A stretch of DNA of 64,000 bases from the human T2T-CHM13v2.0 reference genome, Homo sapiens: assembly GCF_009914755.1 (NCBI RefSeq), contig NC_060934.1, one strand, 5' to 3'. The translations under genes and the position numbers were made by a program. Below are positions 51,562 to 63,700 of the stretch, one piece after another. The notes under the pieces are model-generated. The model made no database searches, had not been told where the DNA came from, and saw only the letters and a program-made list of their open reading frames with translations. Every line of letters begins with the position of its first letter. Position 1 is the stretch's first letter.

Positions 51562-54500
51562 CAACGCTAGACAGAAGAATTCTCAGTAACTTCTTTGTGT
51601 TGTGTGTATTCAACTCACAGAGTTGAACCTTTCTTTAGAGAGAGCAGAGTTGAAACACTCTGTTTTTGGAATTTGCAAGTGCAGATTTCAAGCGATTCTA
51701 GGCCTATGGCAGAAAAGGAAATATCTTCGTATAAAAACTACACAGAATCATTCTCAACAACTACTTTGTGATGTGTGCGTTCAACTCACAGAGTTTAACC
51801 TTTCTTTTCATAGAGCAGTTTGGAAACACTCTGTTTGTAAAGCCTGCAAGTGCTTTTTTGGACTTCATTGAGGCCTTCGTTGGAAACGGGATTTCTTCAT
51901 ACAACGCTAGACAGAAGAATTCTCAGTCACTTCTTTGTGTTGTGTGTATTCAAGTCACAGAGTTGAACCTTCCTTTAGACAGAGCAGTTTTGAAAAATTC
52001 TTTCTGTGTAATTTGCAAGTGGAGATTTCAAGCGATTTGAGGCTAATCTTTGAAATGGAAATATCTTCGTGTAAAAACTACACAGAATCATTCTCAGAAA
52101 CTGCTTTGTCATCTGTGCGTTCAGTTCACAGAGTTTCACCTTTCTCTTCATAGAGCAGTTTGGAAAGACTCTGTCTGTAAAGTCTGCAAGTGATTAGTTA
52201 GACCCCTTTAAGGCCTTCGTTGGAAGCGGGATTTCTCATTTACTGCTAGACAGAAGAATTCTCAGTAAATCCTTTGTGTTGTGTGTATTCAACTCACAGA
52301 GTGGAACCTTCCTTTATTCAGAGCAGTTTTGAAACACTCTTTTTGTGCAATTTGCAAGTGGAGATTTCAAGCGATTTGACGCCAATCTTAGACATGGAAA
52401 TATCTTCATATTAAAAGTACACAGAGTCATTCGTAGAAACTAGTTTGTGATGTGTGCCTTCAACTCACAGAGTTTAACCTTTCTTTTCATAGAGCAGTTG
52501 GGAAACACTGTATTTGTAAAGTCTGCAAGTGGATATTTGGACCTCTTTGAGGCCTTCGTTGGAAACGGGATTTCTTCATATAACGCTAGACAGAAGAATT
52601 CTCAGTAACTTCTTTGTGTTGTGTGTATTCAACTCACAGAGTTGAACCTTTCTTTAGAGGGAGCAGAGGTGAAACACTCTTTTTGTGGAATTTGCTAGTG
52701 CAGATTTCAAACGCTTCGAAGACAGTGATAGAAAAGGATATATCTTCGTATTAAAAGTAGACAAAATCATTCTCAGAAAACTCTTTGTGATGTGTGTGTT
52801 CAACTCACAGAGTTTAACCTTTCTTTTCATAGAGCAGTTTGGAAACACTCTGTTTGTAAAGCCTGCAAGTGCTTTTTTGGACTTCATTGAGGCCTTCGTT
52901 GGAAACGGGATTTCTTCATACAACGCTAGTCAGAAGAATTCTCAGTAACTTCTTTGTGTTGTGTGTATTCAACTCACAGAGTTGAACCTTTCTTTAGAGA
53001 GACCATAGTTGAAACACTCTGTTTTTGGAATTTGCAAGTGCAGATTTCAAGCGCTTCTAGGCCTATGGCAGAAAAGGAAATATCTTCGTATAAAAACTAC
53101 ACAGAATCATTCTCAACAACTACTTTGTGATGTGTGCGTTCAACTCACAGAGTTTAACCTTTCTTTTCATAGAGCAGTTTGGAAACACTCTGTTTGTAAA
53201 GCCTGCAAGTGCTTTTTTGGACTTCATTGAGGCCTTCGTTGGAAACGGGATTTCTTCATACAACGCTAGACAGAAGAATTCTCAGTAACTTCTTTGTGTT
53301 GTGTGTATTCAACTCACAGAGTTGAACCTTCCTTTAGAGAGAGCAGAGTTGAAACACTCTGTTTTTGGAATTTGCAAGTGCAGATTTCAAGCGCTTCTAG
53401 GCCTATGGCAGAAAAGGAAATATCTTCGTATAAAAACTACACAGAATCATTCTCAACAACTACTTTGTGATGTGTGCGTTCAACTCACAGAGTTTAACCT
53501 TTCTTTTCATAGAGCAGTTTGGAAACACTCTGTTTGTAAAGCCTGCAAGTGCTTTTTTGGACTTCATTGAGGCCTTCGTTGGAAACGGGATTTCTTCATA
53601 TAATGCTAGACAGAAGAATTCTCAGTCACTTCTTTGTGTTGTGTGTATTCAAGTCACAGAGTTGAACCTTCCTTTAGACAGAGCAGTTTTGAAAAATTCT
53701 TTCTGTGGAGTTTGCAAGTGGAGATTTCAAGCGATTTGAGGCTAATCTTTGAAATGGAAATATCTTCGTGTAAAAACTACACAGAATCATTCTCAGAAAC
53801 TGCTTTGTCATCTGTGCGTTCAGTTCACAGAGTTTCACCTTTCTCTTCATAGAGCAGTTTGGAAAGACTCTGTCTGTAAAGTCTGCAAGTGATTAGTTAG
53901 ACCCCTTTGAGGCCTTCGTTGGAAGCGGGATTTCTCATTTACTGCTAGACAGAAGAATTCTCAGTAAATCCTTTGTGTTGTGTGTATTCAACTCACAGAG
54001 TGGAACCTTCCTTTATTCAGAGCAGTTTTGAAAAACACTTTTTGTGGAATTTACAAGTGGAGATTTCAAGCGATTTGACGCCAATCTTAGACATGGAAAT
54101 ATCTTCATATTAAAAGTACACAGAGTCATTCGTAGAAACTAGTTTGTGATGTGTGCCTTCAACTCACAGAGTTTAACCTTTCTTTTCATAGAGCAGTTGG
54201 GAAACACTCTATTTGTAAAGTCTGCAAGTGGATATTTGGACCTCTTTGAGGCCTTCGTTGGAAACGGGATTTCTTCATATAACGCTAGACAGAAGAATTC
54301 TCAGTAACTTCTTTGTGTTGTGTGTATTCAACTCACAGAGTTGAACCTTTCTTTAGAGAGAGCAGAGTTGAAACACTCTGTTTTTGGAATTTGCAATTGC
54401 AGATTTCATGCGCTTCTAGGCCTATGGCAGAAAAGGAAATATCTTCGTATAAAAACTACACAGAATCATTCTCAACAACTACTTTGTGATGTGTGCGTTC

Positions 54501-57500
54501 AACTCACAGAGTTTAACCTTTCTTTTCATAGAGCAGTTTGGAAACACTCTGTTTGTAAAGCCTGCAAGTGCTTTTTTGGACTTCATTGAGGCCTTCGTTG
54601 GAAACGGGATTTCTTCATACAACGCTAGACAGAAGAATTCTCAGTAACTTCTTTGTGTTGTGTGTATTCAACTCACAGAGTTGAACCTTCCTTTAGAGAG
54701 AGCAGAGTTGAAACACTCTGTGTTTGGAATTTGCAAGTGCAGATTTCAAGCGCTTCTAGGCCTATGGCAGAAAAGGAAATATCTTCGTATAAAAACTACA
54801 CAGAATCATTCTCAACAACTACTTTGTGATGTGTGCGTTCAACTCACAGAGTTTAACCTTTCTTTTCATAGAGCAGTTTGGAAACACTCTGTTTGTAAAG
54901 CCTGCAAGTGCTTTTTTGGACTTCATTGAGGCCTTCGTTGGAAACGGGATTTCTTCATACAACGCTAGACAGAAGAATTCTCAGTAACTTCTTTGTGTTG
55001 TGTGTATTCAACTCACAGAGTTGAACCTTTCTTTAGAGAGAGCAGAGTTGAAACACTCTGTTTTTGGAATTTGCAAGTGCAGATTTCAAGCGATTCTAGG
55101 CCTATGGCAGAAAAGGAAATATCTTCGTATAAAAACTACACAGAATCATTCTCAACAACTACTTTGTGATGTGTGCGTTCAACTCACAGAGTTTAACCTT
55201 TCTTTTCATAGAGCAGTTTGGAAACACTCTGTTTGTAAAGCCTGCAAGTGCTTTTTTGGACTTCATTGAGGCCTTCGTTGGAAACGGGATTTCTTCATAC
55301 AACGCTAGACAGAAGAATTCTCAGTCACTTCTTTGTGTTGTGTGTATTCAAGTCACAGAGTTGAACCTTCCTTTAGACAGAGCAGTTTTGAAAAATTCTT
55401 TCTGTGTAATTTGCAAGTGGAGATTTCAAGCGATTTGAGGCTAATCTTTGAAATGGAAATATCTTCGTGTAAAAACTACACAGAATCATTCTCAGAAACT
55501 GCTTTGTCATCTGTGCGTTCAGTTCACAGAGTTTCACCTTTCTCTTCATAGAGCAGTTTGGAAAGACTCTGTCTGTAAAGTCTGCAAGTGATTAGTTAGA
55601 CCCCTTTAAGGCCTTCGTTGGAAGCGGGATTTCTCATTTACTGCTAGACAGAAGAATTCTCAGTAAATCCTTTGTGTTGTGTGTATTCAACTCACAGAGT
55701 GGAACCTTCCTTTATTCAGAGCAGTTTTGAAACACTCTTTTTGTGCAATTTGCAAGTGGAGATTTCAAGCGATTTGACGCCAATCTTAGACATGGAAATA
55801 TCTTCATATTAAAAGTACACAGAGTCATTCGTAGAAACTAGTTTGTGATGTGTGCCTTCAACTCACAGAGTTTAACCTTTCTTTTCATAGAGCAGTTGGG
55901 AAACACTGTATTTGTAAAGTCTGCAAGTGGATATTTGGACCTCTTTGAGGCCTTCGTTGGAAACGGGATTTCTTCATATAACGCTAGACAGAAGAATTCT
56001 CAGTAACTTCTTTGTGTTGTGTGTATTCAACTCACAGAGTTGAACCTTTCTTTAGAGGGAGCAGAGGTGAAACACTCTTTTTGTGGAATTTGCTAGTGCA
56101 GATTTCAAACGCTTCGAAGACAGTGATAGAAAAGGATATATCTTCGTATTAAAAGTAGACAAAATCATTCTCAGAAAACTCTTTGTGATGTGTGTGTTCA
56201 ACTCACAGAGTTTAACCTTTCTTTTCATAGAGCAGTTTGGAAACACTCTGTTTGTAAAGCCTGCAAGTGCTTTTTTGGACTTCATTGAGGCCTTCGTTGG
56301 AAACGGGATTTCTTCATACAACGCTAGTCAGAAGAATTCTCAGTAACTTCTTTGTGTTGTGTGTATTCAACTCACAGAGTTGAACCTTTCTTTAGAGAGA
56401 CCATAGTTGAAACACTCTGTTTTTGGAATTTGCAAGTGCAGATTTCAAGCGCTTCTAGGCCTATGGCAGAAAAGGAAATATCTTCGTATAAAAACTACAC
56501 AGAATCATTCTCAACAACTACTTTGTGATGTGTGCGTTCAACTCACAGAGTTTAACCTTTCTTTTCATAGAGCAGTTTGGAAACACTCTGTTTGTAAAGC
56601 CTGCAAGTGCTTTTTTGGACTTCATTGAGGCCTTCGTTGGAAACGGGATTTCTTCATACAACGCTAGACAGAAGAATTCTCAGTAACTTCTTTGTGTTGT
56701 GTGTATTCAACTCACAGAGTTGAACCTTCCTTTAGAGAGAGCAGAGTTGAAACACTCTGTTTTTGGAATTTGCAAGTGCAGATTTCAAGCGCTTCTAGGC
56801 CTATGGCAGAAAAGGAAATATCTTCGTATAAAAACTACACAGAATCATTCTCAACAACTACTTTGTGATGTGTGCGTTCAACTCACAGAGTTTAACCTTT
56901 CTTTTCATAGAGCAGTTTGGAAACACTCTGTTTGTAAAGCCTGCAAGTGCTTTTTTGGACTTCATTGAGGCCTTCGTTGGAAACGGGATTTCTTCATATA
57001 ATGCTAGACAGAAGAATTCTCAGTCACTTCTTTGTGTTGTGTGTATTCAAGTCACAGAGTTGAACCTTCCTTTAGACAGAGCAGTTTTGAAAAATTCTTT
57101 CTGTGGAGTTTGCAAGTGGAGATTTCAAGCGATTTGAGGCTAATCTTTGAAATGGAAATATCTTCGTGTAAAAACTACACAGAATCATTCTCAGAAACTG
57201 CTTTGTCATCTGTGCGTTCAGTTCACAGAGTTTCACCTTTCTCTTCATAGAGCAGTTTGGAAAGACTCTGTCTGTAAAGTCTGCAAGTGATTAGTTAGAC
57301 CCCTTTGAGGCCTTCGTTGGAAGCGGGATTTCTCATTTACTGCTAGACAGAAGAATTCTCAGTAAATCCTTTGTGTTGTGTGTATTCAACTCACAGAGTG
57401 GAACCTTCCTTTATTCAGAGCAGTTTTGAAAAACACTTTTTGTGGAATTTACAAGTGGAGATTTCAAGCGATTTGACGCCAATCTTAGACATGGAAATAT

Positions 57501-57756
57501 CTTCATATTAAAAGTACACAGAGTCATTCGTAGAAACTAGTTTGTGATGTGTGCCTTCAACTCACAGAGTTTAACCTTTCTTTTCATAGAGCAGTTGGGA
57601 AACACTCTATTTGTAAAGTCTGCAAGTGGATATTTGGACCTCTTTGAGGCCTTCGTTGGAAACGGGATTTCTTCATATAACGCTAGACAGAAGAATTCTC
57701 AGTAACTTCTTTGTGTTGTGTGTATTCAACTCACAGAGTTGAACCTTTCTTTAGAG
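50883..57756 (+). repeat. Tandem duplication, period 3398 bp (20 monomers)
   Basis: ORF pairs 50922/54320, 51602/55000, 52654/56052, 53009/56407 and 53634/57032. Paired variants: CCCTTTAAGG (52210/55608), AACACTGTAT (52510/55908), GAGACCATAG (53003/56401). Confidence 0.92.
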
Positions 57757-60700
57757 GGAGCAGAGGTGAAACACTCTTTTTGTGGAATTTGCTAGTGCAG
57801 ATTTCAAACGCTTCGAAGACAGTGATAGAAAAGGATATATCTTCGTATTAAAAGTAGACAAAATCATTCTCAGAAAACTCTTTGTGATGTGTGTGTTCAA
57901 CTCACAGAGTTTAACCTTTCTTTTCATAGAGCAGTTTGGAAACACTCTGTTTGTAAAGCCTGCAAGTGCTTTTTTGGACTTCATTGAGGCCTTCGTTGGA
58001 AACGGGATTTCTTCATACAACGCTAGTCAGAAGAATTCTCAGTAACTTCTTTGTGTTGTGTGTATTCAACTCACAGAGTTGAACCTTTCTTTAGAGAGAG
58101 CATAGTTGAAACACTCTGTTTTTGGAATTTGCAAGTGCAGATTTCAAGCGCTTCTAGGCCTATGGCAGAAAAGGAAATATCTTCGTATAAAAACTACACA
58201 GAATCATTCTCAACAACTACTTTGTGATGTGTGCGTTCAACTCACAGAGTTTAACCTTTCTTTTCATAGAGCAGTTTGGAAACACTCTGTTTGTAAAGCC
58301 TGCAAGTGCTTTTTTGGACTTCATTGAGGCCTTCGTTGGAAACGGGATTTCTTCATATAATGCTAGACAGAAGAATTCTCAGTCACTTCTTTGTGTTGTG
58401 TGTATTCAAGTCACAGAGTTGAACCTTCCTTTAGACAGAGCAGTTTTGAAAAATTCTTTCTGTGGAGTTTGCAAGTGGAGATTTCAAGCGATTTGAGGCT
58501 AATCTTTGAAATGGAAATATCTTCGTGTAAAAACTACACAGAATCATTCTCAGAAACTGCTTTGTCATCTGTGCGTTCAGTTCACAGAGTTTCACCTTTC
58601 TCTTCATAGAGCAGTTTGGAAAGACTCTGTCTGTAAAGTCTGCAAGTGATTAGTTAGACCCCTTTGAGGCCTTCGTTGGAAGCGGGATTTCTCATTTACT
58701 GCTAGACAGAAGAATTCTCAGTAAATCCTTTGTGTTGTGTGTATTCAACTCACAGAGTGGAACCTTCCTTTATTCAGAGCAGTTTTGAAAAACACTTTTT
58801 GTGGAATTTACAAGTGGAGATTTCAAGCGATTTGACGCCAATCTTAGACATGGAAATATCTTCATATTAAAAGTACACAGAGTCATTCGTAGAAACTAGT
58901 TTGTGATGTGTGCCTTCAACTCACAGAGTTTAACCTTTCTTTTCATAGAGCAGTTGGGAAACACTCTATTTGTAAAGTCTGCAAGTGGATATTTGGACCT
59001 CTTTGAGGCCTTCGTTGGAAACGGGATTTCTTCATATAACGCTAGACAGAAGAATTCTCAGTAACTTCTTTGTGTTGTGTGTATTCAACTCACAGAGTTG
59101 AACCTTTCTTTAGAGGGAGCAGAGGTGAAACACTCTTTTTGTGGAATTTGCTAGTGCAGATTTCAAACGCTTCGAAGACAGTGATAGAAAAGGATATATC
59201 TTCGTATTAAAAGTAGACAAAATCATTCTCAGAAAACTCTTTGTGATGTGTGTGTTCAACTCACAGAGTTTAACCTTTCTTTTCATAGAGCAGTTTGGAA
59301 ACACTCTGTTTGTAAAGCCTGCAAGTGCTTTTTTGGACTTCATTGAGGCCTTCGTTGGAAACGGGATTTCTTCATACAACGCTAGTCAGAAGAATTCTCA
59401 GTAACTTCTTTGTGTTGTGTGTATTCAACTCACAGAGTTGAACCTTTCTTTAGAGAGAGCATAGTTGAAACACTCTGTTTTTGGAATTTGCAAGTGCAGA
59501 TTTCAAGCGCTTCTAGGCCTATGGCAGAAAAGGAAATATCTTCGTATAAAAACTACACAGAATCATTCTCAACAACTACTTTGTGATGTGTGCGTTCAAC
59601 TCACAGAGTTTAACCTTTCTTTTCATAGAGCAGTTTGGAAACACTCTGTTTGTAAAGCCTGCAAGTGCTTTTTTGGACTTCATTGAGGCCTTCGTTGGAA
59701 ACGGGATTTCTTCATACAACGCTAGACAGAAGAATTCTCAGTAACTTCTTTGTGTTGTGTGTATTCAACTCACAGAGTTGAACCTTCCTTTAGAGAGAGC
59801 AGAGTTGAAACACTCTGTTTTTGGAATTTGCAAGTGCAGATTTCAAGCGCTTCTAGGCCTATGGCAGAAAAGGAAATATCTTCGTATAAAAACTACACAG
59901 AATCATTCTCAACAACTACTTTGTGATGTGTGCGTTCAACTCACAGAGTTTAACCTTTCTTTTCATAGAGCAGTTTGGAAACACTCTGTTTGTAAAGCCT
60001 GCAAGTGCTTTTTTGGACTTCATTGAGGCCTTCGTTGGAAACGGGATTTCTTCATATAATGCTAGACAGAAGAATTCTCAGTCACTTCTTTGTGTTGTGT
60101 GTATTCAAGTCACAGAGTTGAACCTTCCTTTAGACAGAGCAGTTTTGAAAAATTCTTTCTGTGGAGTTTGCAAGTGGAGATTTCAAGCGATTTGAGGCTA
60201 ATCTTTGAAATGGAAATATCTTCGTGTAAAAACTACACAGAATCATTCTCAGAAACTGCTTTGTCATCTGTGCGTTCAGTTCACAGAGTTTCACCTTTCT
60301 CTTCATAGAGCAGTTTGGAAAGACTCTGTCTGTAAAGTCTGCAAGTGATTAGTTAGACCCCTTTGAGGCCTTCGTTGGAAGCGGGATTTCTCATTTACTG
60401 CTAGACAGAAGAATTCTCAGTAAATCCTTTGTGTTGTGTGTATTCAACTCACAGAGTGGAACCTTCCTTTATTCAGAGCAGTTTTGAAAAACACTTTTTG
60501 TGGAATTTACAAGTGGAGATTTCAAGCGATTTGACGCCAATCTTAGACATGGAAATATCTTCATATTAAAAGTACACAGAGTCATTCGTAGAAACTAGTT
60601 TGTGATGTGTGCCTTCAACTCACAGAGTTTAACCTTTCTTTTCATAGAGCAGTTGGGAAACACTCTATTTGTAAAGTCTGCAAGTGGATATTTGGACCTC

Positions 60701-63700
60701 TTTGAGGCCTTCGTTGGAAACGGGATTTCTTCATATAACGCTAGACAGAAGAATTCTCAGTAACTTCTTTGTGTTGTGTGTATTCAACTCACAGAGTTGA
60801 ACCTTTCTTTAGAGGGAGCAGAGGTGAAACACTCTTTTTGTGGAATTTGCTAGTGCAGATTTCAAACGCTTCGAAGACAGTGATAGAAAAGGATATATCT
60901 TCGTATTAAAAGTAGACAAAATCATTCTCAGAAAACTCTTTGTGATGTGTGTGTTCAACTCACAGAGTTTAACCTTTCTTTTCATAGAGCAGTTTGGAAA
61001 CACTCTGTTTGTAAAGCCTGCAAGTGCTTTTTTGGACTTCATTGAGGCCTTCGTTGGAAACGGGATTTCTTCATACAACGCTAGTCAGAAGAATTCTCAG
61101 TAACTTCTTTGTGTTGTGTGTATTCAACTCACAGAGTTGAACCTTTCTTTAGAGAGAGCATAGTTGAAACACTCTGTTTTTGGAATTTGCAAGTGCAGAT
61201 TTCAAGCGCTTCTAGGCCTATGGCAGAAAAGGAAATATCTTCGTATAAAAACTACACAGAATCATTCTCAACAACTACTTTGTGATGTGTGCGTTCAACT
61301 CACAGAGTTTAACCTTTCTTTTCATAGAGCAGTTTGGAAACACTCTGTTTGTAAAGCCTGCAAGTGCTTTTTTGGACTTCATTGAGGCCTTCGTTGGAAA
61401 CGGGATTTCTTCATACAACGCTAGACAGAAGAATTCTCAGTAACTTCTTTGTGTTGTGTGTATTCAACTCACAGAGTTGAACCTTCCTTTAGAGAGAGCA
61501 GAGTTGAAACACTCTGTTTTTGGAATTTGCAAGTGCAGATTTCAAGCGCTTCTAGGCCTATGGCAGAAAAGGAAATATCTTCGTATAAAAACTACACAGA
61601 ATCATTCTCAACAACTACTTTGTGATGTGTGCGTTCAACTCACAGAGTTTAACCTTTCTTTTCATAGAGCAGTTTGGAAACACTCTGTTTGTAAAGCCTG
61701 CAAGTGCTTTTTTGGACTTCATTGAGGCCTTCGTTGGAAACGGGATTTCTTCATATAATGCTAGACAGAAGAATTCTCAGTCACTTCTTTGTGTTGTGTG
61801 TATTCAAGTCACAGAGTTGAACCTTCCTTTAGACAGAGCAGTTTTGAAAAATTCTTTCTGTGGAGTTTGCAAGTGGAGATTTCAAGCGATTTGAGGCTAA
61901 TCTTTGAAATGGAAATATCTTCGTGTAAAAACTACACAGAATCATTCTCAGAAACTGCTTTGTCATCTGTGCGTTCAGTTCACAGAGTTTCACCTTTCTC
62001 TTCATAGAGCAGTTTGGAAAGACTCTGTCTGTAAAGTCTGCAAGTGATTAGTTAGACCCCTTTGAGGCCTTCGTTGGAAGCGGGATTTCTCATTTACTGC
62101 TAGACAGAAGAATTCTCAGTAAATCCTTTGTGTTGTGTGTATTCAACTCACAGAGTGGAACCTTCCTTTATTCAGAGCAGTTTTGAAAAACACTTTTTGT
62201 GGAATTTACAAGTGGAGATTTCAAGCGATTTGACGCCAATCTTAGACATGGAAATATCTTCATATTAAAAGTACACAGAGTCATTCGTAGAAACTAGTTT
62301 GTGATGTGTGCCTTCAACTCACAGAGTTTAACCTTTCTTTTCATAGAGCAGTTTGGAAACACTCTATTTGTAAAGTCTGCAAGTGGATATTTGGACCTCT
62401 TTGAGGCCTTCGTTGGAAACGGGATTTCTTCATACAACGCTAGACAGAAGAATTCTCAGTAACTTCTTTGTGTTGTGTGTATTCAACTCACAGAGTTGAA
62501 CCTTTCTTTAGAGAGAGCAGAGTTGAAACACTCTGTTTTTGGAATTTGCAAGTGCAGATTTCAAGCGATTCTAGGCCTATGGCAGAAAAGGAAATATCTT
62601 CGTATAAAAACTACACAGAATCATTCTCAACAACTACTTTGTGATGTGTGCGTTCAACTCACAGAGTTTAACCTTTCTTTTCATAGAGCAGTTTGGAAAC
62701 ACTCTGTTTGTAAAGCCTGCAAGTGCTTTTTTGGACTTCATTGAGGCCTTCGTTGGAAACGGGATTTCTTCATATAATGCTACACAGAAGAATTCTCAGT
62801 CACTTCTTTGTGTTGTGTGTATTCAAGTCACAGAGTTGAACCTTCCTTTAGACAGAGCAGTTTTGAAAAATTCTTTCTGTGGAGTTTGCAAGTGGAGATT
62901 TCAAGCGATTTGAGGCTAATCTTTGAAATGGAAATATCTTCGTGTAAAAACTACACAGAATCATTCTCAGAAACTGCTTTGTCATCTGTGCGTTCAGTTC
63001 ACACAGTTTCACCTTTCTCTTCATAGAGCAGTTTGGAAAGACTCTGTCTGTAAAGTCTGCAAGTGATTAGTTAGACCCCTTTGAGGCCTTCGTTGGAAGC
63101 GGGATTTCTCATTTACTGCTAGACAGAAGAATTCTCTGTAAATCCTTTGTGTTGTGTGTATTCAACTCACAGAGTGGAACCTTCCTTTATTCAGAGCAGT
63201 TTTGAAACACTCTTTTTGTGCAATTTGCAAGTGGAGATTTCAAGCGATTTGACGCCAATCTTAGACATGGAAATATCTTCATATTAAAAGTACACAGAGT
63301 CATTCGTAGAAACTAGTTTGTGATGTGTGCCTTCAACTCACAGAGTTTAACCTTTCTTTTCATAGAGCAGTTGGGAAACACTCTATTTGTAAAGTCTGCA
63401 AGTGGATATTTGGACCTCTTTGAGGCCTTCGTTGGAAACGGGATTTCTTCATATAACGCTAGACAGAAGAATTCTCAGTAACTTCTTTGTGTTGTGTGTA
63501 TTCAACTCACAGAGTTGAACCTTTCTTTAGAGGGAGCAGAAGTGAAACACTCTTTTTGTGGAATTTGCTAGTGTAGATTTCAAACGCTTCGAAGACAGTG
63601 ATAGAAAAGGATATATCTTCGTATTAAAAGTAGACAAAATCATTCTCAGAAAACTCTTTGTGATGTGTGTGTTCAACTCACAGAGTTTAACCTTTCTTTT

